The translations under genes and the position numbers were made by a program. DNA of 64,000 nucleotides, taken from Anaerolineales bacterium (GTDB taxonomy: Bacteria; Chloroflexota; Anaerolineae; Anaerolineales; Villigracilaceae). This document shows positions 45,499 through 54,404 of the stretch, one piece after another; within the stretch, counting starts at the first letter, position 1, and each line of letters starts with the position of its first letter. Location of the stretch: contig JACZJB010000104.1 in NCBI GenBank assembly GCA_014860805.1, forward strand, positions 13,075 to 77,074, read 5' to 3'. The notes below the pieces were generated by a model. That model did not search any database. It saw only the letters and a list, made by a program, of their open reading frames with translations, and was not told the DNA's origin.

Positions 45499-46467
45499 TT
45501 ACTTATCGCCCAATGACTTGACGTTTCCTGCGCCGCTGATCGATTCATTCACGGCAGGGTCGCCATAATAGCTAACGTCACCTGCGCCGCTGATGCTGGC
45601 ATCAAGGCTCTTATCCACCCAGATGGTAGCACTGCCTGCTCCTGTAATGCGGACTTCAGCACTCTGGCTATGCAGGTCGCCGCCGTTGAAGCTGCCAAAA
45701 CCGCTGATGCGCACACCTACAGACTCCGCGACACCGTCGGCAGTGATGTCTCCCGCGCCGCTCAAAACCACATCGAGGCTGGTTACTTCAAGGTTGACGA
45801 GAGAAATCTCCCCGGCGCCGCTGACGATCAGTTCGAGTGAATCAGTTTTCAGGTCAGTAACGAGAAGCGAGCCTGCGCTCGGCATCACAAGTTTGCTGAC
45901 ATCCTTAAGGGTGATGACGATTTGGACCGTCTCCGATGGTTTGACTCGGTCATTCCAATTATCTTCGTTGTTGCGGATCTTCAGCACGCCGTCTTTGATT
46001 TCAGTAGACATTTGCTTGAGCAGGTTATCGTCTGCGGTGATGACAATGGAATTGGCTGTGCCTTGCTTGATAGTGACATCGGCGGGATAGTCAAGGGAGA
46101 GAGTTTCAAAATCTGCCAGTTTGCGGGTTTCGGATTTGATGGCGCCGGAACCCTTAACTGAACCGCCAAAGTCATTGCCAATGTCAAAGTTCCAACCAAC
46201 AGAGCCTGCGCCAGCCCAACCTAATTGCGGAGCAAAGAGGATGGCAAGCACAGCGCCGATGATCAGCAGCAGGGACATGAAAAGACTGCCGTAACGCCAC
46301 ATGGAGCCGAGGATCAGGCTGAGCCCCCAGCCGATAAGCAGGAAGGGCCAGAGATGTGTAAGCGCCCAAAGGTTTTCGGAAGGGATGATGCCCATGCCGT
46401 TGAGCAGCCAGATGCTGCCTGTGGCAATCAGGGCAAGCGGAAAGAAATAGGATCGTCCATGTTTCAT
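45499..46467 (-). CDS. membrane-anchored DUF2807/GIN-domain-like (LiaF-like) protein
   Basis: N-terminal TM helices. C-terminal repeated SGAGxI/V beta-solenoid pattern. Confidence 0.6.
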   Translation of the reverse strand: MKHGRSYFFPLALIATGSIWLLNGMGIIPSENLWALTHLWPFLLIGWGLSLILGSMWRYGSLFMSLLLIIGAVLAILFAPQLGWAGAGSVGWNFDIGNDFGGSVKGSGAIKSETRKLADFETLSLDYPADVTIKQGTANSIVITADDNLLKQMSTEIKDGVLKIRNNEDNWNDRVKPSETVQIVITLKDVSKLVMPSAGSLLVTDLKTDSLELIVSGAGEISLVNLEVTSLDVVLSGAGDITADGVAESVGVRISGFGSFNGGDLHSQSAEVRITGAGSATIWVDKSLDASISGAGDVSYYGDPAVNESISGAGNVKSLGDK

Positions 46468-46510
46468 ATTGTAGTTCTCCTGTGTAATGATTCATGCTGA
46501 GCAAAGGTTG

Positions 46511-47047
46511 TCACTCAGCTTCTTTGTTTCGGAAGCGGTTGAAGATGAGATAAAGGCCAAGCAGGATGAGCAGGGCAGGGAAGATGAATTGGCGCAGTCC
46601 GAAGCGCTCGCCTGCGGAAAAGATCATCTCGAAGAAACCGCCGAAGATGATGAACATGATCGCGCCGACCTTCATGACGCCCTTGCCCGAATTGCGCTGA
46701 CCTTCATCATCGCCATAGAGACCCATGATGAAGATTCCAAGCCCAACGGAGAAGAGGATGACGGTCCAGGCATAGGACCAGCTCTCCCAGTGACCGCTGA
46801 TGTTCTGGTAAAACAGAATCAGCCCGATGGTCGAGATGATCGTGGCAGGGACTGCCAATCCTGAAACGGACTTGCCCCCAGCGAACATGCCGATGAAGAA
46901 CAGCGCGCCAAAGCCCATAACGAAGAAGGGCCAGATGAAGCCCCAGAAGTTGAGGCCGCTGAAAAGCTGCGAAAGCAGGGAAAGCACGCCGATGGCGATC
47001 AGGACGACTCCGCCGATGAGAGCGCCTGTATTACGGGATGTGGACAT
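46511..47047 (-). CDS. small polytopic membrane protein (LiaI/LiaF-N-like)
   Basis: 5-6 TM segments. Co-directional with the previous gene. Confidence 0.6.
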   Translation of the reverse strand: MSTSRNTGALIGGVVLIAIGVLSLLSQLFSGLNFWGFIWPFFVMGFGALFFIGMFAGGKSVSGLAVPATIISTIGLILFYQNISGHWESWSYAWTVILFSVGLGIFIMGLYGDDEGQRNSGKGVMKVGAIMFIIFGGFFEMIFSAGERFGLRQFIFPALLILLGLYLIFNRFRNKEAE

Positions 47048-47188
47048 GAGGTTTACTCCTTGTGTGCGGTGGTTTCGATGCGCCCTACGAAAGACAGACA
47101 GGGCCGTTCAACCACCAAACGGTGATTATGAGTTCTATCAATACTATACGTCAAATGTGGGGATTGGTTGATTAATCTTCCCATCCTA

Positions 47189-47323
47189 AAGGAGGGTTTT
47201 GGAGAGGGAAAATAAACAATCCAGGCTGTTTGCCTGGATTGTTCTTCTGATCGAGAGCGCGATGTCTTTGCCTTTAATATCCAGCGGAGGTTGGAAAAGC
47301 GTGAAATTAATGAAACCCTCCTT
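47189..47323 (+). other. structured intergenic segment: an 11-nt long-range complement (AAGGAGGGTTT / AAACCCTCCTT) enclosing a 12-bp hairpin (47215-47243)
   Basis: Read directly. Function unknown (leader, sRNA or attenuator). Confidence 0.3.
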
Positions 47324-47455
47324 CAATTGAGATAAATCACATCGAGTTTAGTTGTTACAAATGGCACTTGTATTGACATTTGACGGCAGGTACGCTGTGG
47401 TTGACAGTCTGAGAGCATAAAGCGGCGGGTGCTTTTCCCGCAGATGGAGGCTAGG

Positions 47456-48550
47456 ATGCGATCTCTGCGCAAAGTGGTTGTAACAGAAGCGATCATTCAT
47501 ATCCTGGAAAAGGATGCGGGGAAAAAGATAATTTCGGAACGTACCGTTCCACTAAAGAACAATGAAAATCTTTCCGTATACTTCGAAAAGCTAATCCAAG
47601 AAGCCAGTGAAGAAGGCGCGGCGCGGGCCGCTACCTTTTCCGATGCCGATCCCAACGAGCCGTTCGAATTATGCATGAAGATGTTCAGGAATCCGAAGGC
47701 TTTTATCCCCGGCTCCAAGGTGTTCGGCGAAAAATTCTATCAAATCATGGAGTCGAACAAGAGCATCGGGGATGGGGATCTGGTGGTTTGCCGCTTCAAC
47801 GCGGATTCCGAATCAGGCAGTGACTTTCTCGCCATTATGAAGCTGCTTCCCGTTGGGGCGTACAGGAACGTACAGAAAGGGAAAGCGGGTTCGGGGCAGA
47901 TGTATGTTGACCTTGAGGTGGATCCCTTTATCTTCCCCAAGGACATCAACGTGCTGCAGAAGGTTGCTCTTATCAGCAAGCCGCCCTCCAAAGACAGGGC
48001 TCCTGATGTGCTGTTTCTGGACAAGCAAGATAAACGGGGAGATGTTGCCAAGTTCTTCAAGACCTTTTTGGATGTAGAGTTCGTGCGCGACAATGCCGAG
48101 CTGACCCTGAACCTGTACAACTGCCTGATCCACAGCCTGAACGATATGCGCGAGACCCTGACCCCCGCACTGGACAAGTATCTTGGAGATAAGATCTATC
48201 AGATATTCACCGAGCAGGGCATCGCTGCATTGACCAAAAAGGGTTTTCTGGATTTGTATGAATGGGCGGAAGGGTTGGTTGCACCGCCCACGGTCCGAAG
48301 CTGGTTTGCGAAGGACCTGAAACTCGAATTCCAGAATACGAAAAAGATATTTCTCGATCTCAAGCTGGTGGAAAGATACACCAAACAGCGCGCCTTCTAC
48401 GGGCAGGTAGGCTCCAAATTTCACGTGGAGACAGGCAGCTATAACGATCTTGTACAGAGCGTGCGCTATGTAGCGAACCAGCCCGGCGTGCCGCCGTACT
48501 TCGAGGTGCTCATCCACACCTCCACCTGGCGCGAAGATACGAAGAGATAG
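47456..48550 (+). CDS. NdpA/YejK-like (NA37 family) nucleoid-associated protein homologue
   Basis: N-terminal VVTEAIIHILEKD and central GDLVVCRFNADSESGSDFLAIMKL resemble NA37 blocks. RBS GGAGG lies 5 nt upstream. Family assignment is by eye only. Confidence 0.55.
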   Translation: MRSLRKVVVTEAIIHILEKDAGKKIISERTVPLKNNENLSVYFEKLIQEASEEGAARAATFSDADPNEPFELCMKMFRNPKAFIPGSKVFGEKFYQIMESNKSIGDGDLVVCRFNADSESGSDFLAIMKLLPVGAYRNVQKGKAGSGQMYVDLEVDPFIFPKDINVLQKVALISKPPSKDRAPDVLFLDKQDKRGDVAKFFKTFLDVEFVRDNAELTLNLYNCLIHSLNDMRETLTPALDKYLGDKIYQIFTEQGIAALTKKGFLDLYEWAEGLVAPPTVRSWFAKDLKLEFQNTKKIFLDLKLVERYTKQRAFYGQVGSKFHVETGSYNDLVQSVRYVANQPGVPPYFEVLIHTSTWREDTKR

Positions 48551-48552
48551 CC

Positions 48553-50181
48553 ATGTTCGAGGATGCCGTCCCTGCGCTGGAGGAATTTTTCGCAGTCTGC
48601 GGGTTGGAGCCAAAGAGCCTGCCTGACTACGAAGGCTTTCACAAGCTGAGCGTTCAGATATACAGATTGCCAACTGTACAGGCGGCCAAATTTGACCTGC
48701 GCCATTTCACACAGATCGCGCAGGTCTTCGCAGATTGTTTTACCTGTCAGTTTATCCTGCATCAGGACGATCTGGATCCTCCCGAAGAGAATTCCGTCAT
48801 ACTATCCATCCCCCCTGCTGTGAGTCAGGCAAACCTTGACAGATTCCACGAGCGCATTGGGGAAGTTGATACGCTTGAGTTTTCCTTTCAGCTTGATAAA
48901 AGGAAACTGCTGGCAAGGCAGGGCATCTCCGCGCCCAACACCAACTATTTTCTATATCTGTTCCCAGTCGCGCTCACCCGCTTCCTGAGCGGTGCAACCC
49001 TGGCTGGCCAGCCCTGCAGCGCCTATGACAGCTTGAAGATGTTCGAAGAGAATCTCTGGCACGGGAGACCTAATGAGGTGGATGAAAAAGCGGTCATCCT
49101 CCTGCTCGGTCATGACATCCAGCTCAATGGCGATCAATTCGCGCTGATCGGCGGAACCTACCTGACGAACTGGCAGGCAGCCGCCTCAACAGACGGCGTG
49201 CCCGCAGCCCAATCGAACTCGATCTACGAGACCTGCCGCGCAAATATCTTTTGGGATAACCGCTGGGTGACCCGCCTGACCCCGCCCAAATTAAAGATCA
49301 ACGATGGAGTTTGGAAGCAGGATGACCCGATGGTCTCTGCGCTTCAGACCCAACTCTTCAACCTGATCGTGCTCTTTACCGCCAGCCGTGTTGCAGGCAG
49401 CGGCGAGGACTGGATCGCCACCTATGCCAGTTCCCTCGGCATCGGGGATGTGACGCTGTACGCCCCTGCCCGCCTGCCGCTGGAGCCGCGCCTGTCTGCC
49501 AATGTCAATTCGTTCTATGAAATATTTAGCTGGGCATATTTTTCACAATGGACGCGCGACCATATCGCATTCGTGCAAGGCACGCTGGCAGAAGAATTGA
49601 TGCACAGCCCGCTTGAAGATGCCCGCAAGGTGCTGCTTGAGCGCGCGAAGATGCTCAAAGCCAGCCTGGACGTTCGCTGGGACAATTTTATTCGCGAGAA
49701 ATTACAAGCCTACTCGGAGGAGGAACAAGCCCTGGAAAGCGCGGTGGTGGAGATCATCGACTCGTTCGGCGAGCGGGTGACCGCCATGGGGAAATCCGTT
49801 TCGGACGCGATGCTGACCGCCGTGGCGGCGCTGCTGGGTTCTTTCGTGGCGGCGGGCTTTGGCAGCGAACGCTTCAACCCCTTCATCTTTCGCGTCGGCA
49901 TGCTGATGTATTCCGGGTACGTGCTTATCTTCCCCTTTTTGTACAACATGATCGCGCAGTGGCGTCAATACAATATGTTGAAGGGCGGCCTCCTCGGCCG
50001 CATGGAACGGCTCGAGCAGAAATTATCTGCGGAGCGAATGAATGAGATCGCAGGCAAATGGTTCGAACAGAGTGACCGTAATTTTCAGCTTTGGTTCTGG
50101 CTGACGACCGCCATCTATATCGTTGTGATCCTGCTCGGCTTCGCCGCGGCCTTTATCGTCCCAAAGCTGATCGGCGGATGA
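48553..50181 (+). CDS. 542-aa protein of unknown function with about 3 C-terminal TM helices; translationally coupled to the NA37-like gene
   Basis: The start lies 2 nt after the upstream stop. TM segments AMLTAVAALLGSFVAAGFG, VGMLMYSGYVLIFPFLY, LWFWLTTAIYIVVILLGFAAAFIV. Confidence 0.6.
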   Translation: MFEDAVPALEEFFAVCGLEPKSLPDYEGFHKLSVQIYRLPTVQAAKFDLRHFTQIAQVFADCFTCQFILHQDDLDPPEENSVILSIPPAVSQANLDRFHERIGEVDTLEFSFQLDKRKLLARQGISAPNTNYFLYLFPVALTRFLSGATLAGQPCSAYDSLKMFEENLWHGRPNEVDEKAVILLLGHDIQLNGDQFALIGGTYLTNWQAAASTDGVPAAQSNSIYETCRANIFWDNRWVTRLTPPKLKINDGVWKQDDPMVSALQTQLFNLIVLFTASRVAGSGEDWIATYASSLGIGDVTLYAPARLPLEPRLSANVNSFYEIFSWAYFSQWTRDHIAFVQGTLAEELMHSPLEDARKVLLERAKMLKASLDVRWDNFIREKLQAYSEEEQALESAVVEIIDSFGERVTAMGKSVSDAMLTAVAALLGSFVAAGFGSERFNPFIFRVGMLMYSGYVLIFPFLYNMIAQWRQYNMLKGGLLGRMERLEQKLSAERMNEIAGKWFEQSDRNFQLWFWLTTAIYIVVILLGFAAAFIVPKLIGG

Positions 50182-50303
50182 ATAGAACCGATCCACCGCG
50201 CTGAAATAAAGCCCGCACGGCAAAGGTTTTGGCTGGAACAAAAAACAGTGGAGAGGCGTTAAAAGGGGCAAAACACATCCTTTCACAGGAACAGGAAACA
50301 AAC

Positions 50304-50435
50304 ATGCATTCGAAGCGCAACCGCAGCCGCCAAATCACCCCCGCCTGGGTGGATACGCTCATCCAATTGTTGGAAATCATTGGGATGATCGGCACCATAC
50401 TGGCGGGCATCTATGCATTGGTCACCATGCTCTAA
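50304..50435 (+). CDS. possible 43-aa single-TM peptide
   Basis: AGGA RBS 7 nt upstream. MHSKRNRSRQ...IIGMIGTILAGIYALVTML. Confidence 0.35.
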   Translation: MHSKRNRSRQITPAWVDTLIQLLEIIGMIGTILAGIYALVTML

Positions 50436-50631
50436 GCGTGCTGTCTTTAAAAAGGAATTTCCTTATAAATTGGGGGGTTGCTTCGCCTTCGGCTCGCAAC
50501 GACATAAAACAATTAAGCAATACAGACACCCCGGGAAACCAAGAGATGCGCGGTCTCAAAATTAAGGTATCATAAAACGGTATTGTTTTTTGTTCTTCCT
50601 TGATGTCTTATTGTTTTGATAAGGAGAAACC

Positions 50632-51219
50632 ATGAAACCATTAGATACCGTTTCCAAAGCAAGCCGTTATGTGTCCATGCGCGTGCACGGCACCTCCGCC
50701 CATGTGACATACACCTCACCGGAACCAGGCAAGATCGTTCAGGTGGAGCGGGTATCCAAGGGCACGTTGATCCGCAGTAATTATCCTGCGCAGGTCGGCA
50801 TGTTTTTTTCCATCCCCACGCCTGTCATCGCAGATCGAAAATTCTCGCTCCTTTCCATCTTTCGGCGTTTCTTTTCAGGCCCCGTCGAGAAGATCTTTGC
50901 AGGCACCAAGCTGAGAGTGGTGCGGGTGGAAGTTTTCGTCGGTGAAACGCTGGGCGTCAACCTCGGCCTCATCCGCGTGATGGACGGGGATCGACATCTG
51001 GCAAGCTCACAGGTCTCGGCACTGCCGCTGGTGGATGCAAATTCAGACGCGTACAGCGAAGAAGCCACGGGCAGCATTGTTTTTGAGCTTAACCACGAGG
51101 TACACACCGCGCTGGGCATTGAACTGATCGGCTCATTTGTAAACTTTGAATTGGAAGAGAATCAATTGCAGTTGATCGCAGCCAAGGCCGTTTTCGTCAC
51201 AGGCGCGTCATCTGAGTAA
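50632..51219 (+). CDS. hypothetical protein (195 aa)
   Basis: RBS AAGGAGAA. No recognisable motif. Confidence 0.55.
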   Translation: MKPLDTVSKASRYVSMRVHGTSAHVTYTSPEPGKIVQVERVSKGTLIRSNYPAQVGMFFSIPTPVIADRKFSLLSIFRRFFSGPVEKIFAGTKLRVVRVEVFVGETLGVNLGLIRVMDGDRHLASSQVSALPLVDANSDAYSEEATGSIVFELNHEVHTALGIELIGSFVNFELEENQLQLIAAKAVFVTGASSE

Positions 51220-51236
51220 GAACACAACGGAGAAAA

Positions 51237-51623
51237 GTGGATATTTTTCAGCAATGGCTGCTCACAAAAATAGAAGAACAACATGGCGCGGGTGCAAACC
51301 CGCTGGAAAAGGAAATCTCCTTCGAATCCATCTTATCCATGCTCAAACCGATCTTCGAACAGGAGGGCGCTCCTCTGGATGAGGAGGATATTCGGCGCAA
51401 TCTCAACGAGTTGGCAACAATTGGTTATCTTAGCGCATCGGGCGAAAACTACTTCCTCACCCTTCGGGGAATGGTCTACGCGCAAACTGCTCCATCCCTT
51501 GCGCAGATGGTCAAGGCTGAAATTCAACAATACATCAGGCTTCACTGGTGGAAGGCGCTTGGATTAATACTCCTGCTAATAGTTGCAATGACCCTGTTGA
51601 TCGTTAATCTGGCAGCGAAGTAA
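51237..51623 (+). CDS. hypothetical protein with a C-terminal TM anchor (GTG start)
   Basis: GGAG lies 5 nt upstream of the GTG. WWKALGLILLLIVAMTLLIVNL. Confidence 0.5.
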   Translation: MDIFQQWLLTKIEEQHGAGANPLEKEISFESILSMLKPIFEQEGAPLDEEDIRRNLNELATIGYLSASGENYFLTLRGMVYAQTAPSLAQMVKAEIQQYIRLHWWKALGLILLLIVAMTLLIVNLAAK

Positions 51624-51630
51624 ATCGCAC

Positions 51631-52695
51631 ATGGATCAGGATATCCTCCGCCGCTTCCACGATAGCATCCTGCAGGAAGCCATGCGGCGTTACGGCATCC
51701 CAAAAGACAGCATCCAACCGATCGATACCTTCGAGAGTTTTATATATTCATTCGAGCGCGACGGCAAAGGGTATATCCTGCGCATCGGACACAGCTTTCG
51801 CAAAAGTGAAGCGTTGATACAAGGCGAAGTGGATTGGATCAATCATCTGGCGCGCGGAGGCGTGTCGGTGGCGCGGGCGGTTCCTTCACAGAATAACAAA
51901 CTGGTTGAAATTATCGAAGATGGACAAGGCGGGCAATTTCTGGCAACAGCTTTCGTGCGCGCCAGAGGTCAAAATCCGTGGGAAGCAGGCTGGTCTACAG
52001 AACGCTACGAAACCTACGGAGAACTGCTTGGCAAAATGCACGCGCTGGCAGTGGACTATCAACCTGCCCAGCCTGACTGGAAGCGCCCGGAGTGGAATGC
52101 CGAAAGCCTGAACTTTATTGAATCGTATCTTCCCGCCGCCGAAACTGCCGCGCATCAAAAGTATCGGTCCCTGCTGCGGCACATCCACACCCTGCCCAAA
52201 GACAGGCAAAGTTACGGGCTCGTGCACCAGGATGCTCATCAAAACAATTTCTTCATGGATGAAGATGGTTCCATTACCTTGTTTGATTTCGATGATTGTG
52301 CCTACAGTTGGTTCATCAACGACATTGCCATTGTCCTCTTTTATATCTCGATGGATGCGGAGGAATTCGGCTACCCGTCCACAGCCGCTTTTACGAAGGA
52401 ATTCATGCTTCATTTTCTACGAGGCTATCGCCGCGCTTATGCAATCGAGCCAGCGTGGTTGAAAGAGATTCCCGCCTTCCTGAAATTACGCGAATTGGAA
52501 CTGTATGCCGTCGTCCACCGCGATTTCGACATCGCAGGCATTGACCATAACTCGCTTGAAAACTTTGTCCGCACACCAGGCTTTGATGTGGACAATTCGG
52601 GTCACATGTGGATCGCCAACTTCATGCACAATCGTAAATCCCGCATCGAGCAAGACCTGCCGTTCATTGAATTCGACTTCGAATCGCTCGAGTAA
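51631..52695 (+). CDS. APH/CotS/homoserine-kinase-II-type phosphotransferase
   Basis: GLVHQDAHQNNFFMDEDGSITLFDFDD (HxDxxxxN...DFD). Confidence 0.8.
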   Translation: MDQDILRRFHDSILQEAMRRYGIPKDSIQPIDTFESFIYSFERDGKGYILRIGHSFRKSEALIQGEVDWINHLARGGVSVARAVPSQNNKLVEIIEDGQGGQFLATAFVRARGQNPWEAGWSTERYETYGELLGKMHALAVDYQPAQPDWKRPEWNAESLNFIESYLPAAETAAHQKYRSLLRHIHTLPKDRQSYGLVHQDAHQNNFFMDEDGSITLFDFDDCAYSWFINDIAIVLFYISMDAEEFGYPSTAAFTKEFMLHFLRGYRRAYAIEPAWLKEIPAFLKLRELELYAVVHRDFDIAGIDHNSLENFVRTPGFDVDNSGHMWIANFMHNRKSRIEQDLPFIEFDFESLE

Positions 52696-52755
52696 AACCG
52701 TACTTGTAATATTTTCACAACTTACAAAAATGCAATTTCGGGCTACAATAGCCTC

Positions 52756-53418
52756 ATGGAAACAAATAAAGGTTATCTACTGGTCGTGGAAGATATCCCC
52801 GATATCCTCACCTTGCTGGACACCACCCTCAAGTTCAAAGGCTATCGCGTTGTCACTGCGCGCAACGGACAGGAAGCGCTAGAACAGGTGCAAAAGGAAG
52901 CGCCTGCGCTGGTCATCACCGATATTCTGATGCCCAAGATGGACGGTTTCAGTCTCGTCCATCGCCTGCGCCTCGAACCTGAAACGCGTAGCATCCCTGT
53001 GCTTTTTCTCTCAGCCACTTACGTTGCGCCTGAAGATAAAACATTCGCGCTCACCATCGGTGCCACGCGCTTCATGGAAAAGCCCGTTGTGCTAGATGAT
53101 TTCCTTAAATTGATCGAGGAACTGATGACAAAGCCCGCCCAGGTCCTGAAACAGCCTCTCAGCGAAAAAGAGTTTTACGAAGGCTATCGCAAACGGCTTG
53201 AGATCAAACTGGCTGAAAAGAACACACAGATCATCCGCGCAAAGGGTCTTTTGAAAACCGTGGCAGAACATGAGAAGGAATCCTTCAGCATGTCCATGCT
53301 TCATGCTGTCAGTGAACGCAAAGAGATCCTGCGCCTACTGGAAGAGGTCAATACTCGTCTGGCAAATGAAGAAAAAGAAGAAAAAAACGAAGAAAAAGCC
53401 GGGGATGTCGAAGCGTAA
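52756..53418 (+). CDS. response regulator (receiver domain plus coiled-coil C-terminus, no DNA-binding domain)
   Basis: LLVVEDIPDI...DILMPKMDG...K. Confidence 0.8.
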   Translation: METNKGYLLVVEDIPDILTLLDTTLKFKGYRVVTARNGQEALEQVQKEAPALVITDILMPKMDGFSLVHRLRLEPETRSIPVLFLSATYVAPEDKTFALTIGATRFMEKPVVLDDFLKLIEELMTKPAQVLKQPLSEKEFYEGYRKRLEIKLAEKNTQIIRAKGLLKTVAEHEKESFSMSMLHAVSERKEILRLLEEVNTRLANEEKEEKNEEKAGDVEA

Positions 53419-53551
53419 ACAAGGCGCTTCTCTCCATTCTACAAACTCCCTCCAGATACATGTCTGAGGGAGTTTGTGTTTCAGCAACCCGAAGCAGGAT
53501 AGTCCGTACATATTCTATGCACAGTATTTCAATTCCAAGGAGTCAAATCTC

Positions 53552-53869
53552 ATGAACGAAAATAATCCCCAAATTAATTACGCGGCCCAATTACCCACCA
53601 GCACGCTTGCCATCATCAGCATGATCTCGGGCATTCTGGGCTTTACCTTCTTCCCGGTGATCGCCACCATCGTGGCGTTAGTCACAGGCTATGCTGCGCG
53701 CAAGGAAACGCGCGCCGTCCCGCCGCAAGCCGGGGGCGACGGCCTCGCTACCGCAGGTATTATCATGGGCTGGGTACAAGTCGGCCTGACAGTGATCAGC
53801 ATCTGCTGTGTAGTTGCCTACCTTGTATTTGGCTTTGGGCTGGCAGGCTGGTTCGCAACCCAGCAATAA
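53552..53869 (+). CDS. DUF4190-like small membrane protein
   Basis: Two TM helices. RBS AAGGAG. Confidence 0.6.
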   Translation: MNENNPQINYAAQLPTSTLAIISMISGILGFTFFPVIATIVALVTGYAARKETRAVPPQAGGDGLATAGIIMGWVQVGLTVISICCVVAYLVFGFGLAGWFATQQ

Positions 53870-53936
53870 CATTCTCGTAACTCCATTTTCGTTCACAAGT
53901 GTGCAAATGGTCTTATAATCCTCCAAGGAGGCGCAT

Positions 53937-54173
53937 ATGAACTCACTTGAAGAGATGATCATGGAGGAAATTTCAACCCTGCCCGAAATGCAATTGATCG
54001 ACGTGCTGGGATTTATCCGCTATCTGAAGTCTGAAACGTCTGAAACGCCCGGGCTGATCGAGCAATGGTTCGAAGGCGCCCAAAAGTCGATCCACGCGCG
54101 AAAGGCTGAGTTCAAGCTCACTCAAGAGGATATCGAAACACGAAGCAAGACAAAGCGTTCGACAAGGAAGTGA
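53937..54173 (+). CDS. DUF2281-like small protein (antitoxin-like)
   Basis: EEISTLPEMQLIDVLGFIRYLK. RBS AAGGAGG. Confidence 0.5.
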   Translation: MNSLEEMIMEEISTLPEMQLIDVLGFIRYLKSETSETPGLIEQWFEGAQKSIHARKAEFKLTQEDIETRSKTKRSTRK

Positions 54174-54213
54174 CCCGCTTCACTCTCCGCTGAAAATTGA
54201 CCAGCCATAACTA

Positions 54214-54265
54214 GCAAAGCCTCCCTGACAGTTTGAAAAGATTGTCAGGAGGACTTTGCTTTTTT
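54214..54265 (+). terminator. intrinsic terminator
   Basis: An imperfect long stem GCAAAGCCTCCCTGAC / GTCAGGAGGACTTTGC followed by TTTTTT. Confidence 0.65.
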
Positions 54266-54404
54266 GATGGGAAATCACGAATGAAACCGCAACATCGAAT
54301 CCCCGACGTTTTGCTACAATGCAAGGTAGGCCAAAAGAAATAGTCCAAATGGATGGATGGACGATTGAGCCTGCGTGATAGAATCTCAACGAGTTGAAAA
54401 AGCC

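Noticed and set aside
47813-48673. 286-aa minus-strand ORF
   Set aside because: It is antisense to the NA37-like gene. It has no RBS or motif, and the plus-strand gene has better start context and coupling to its neighbour.
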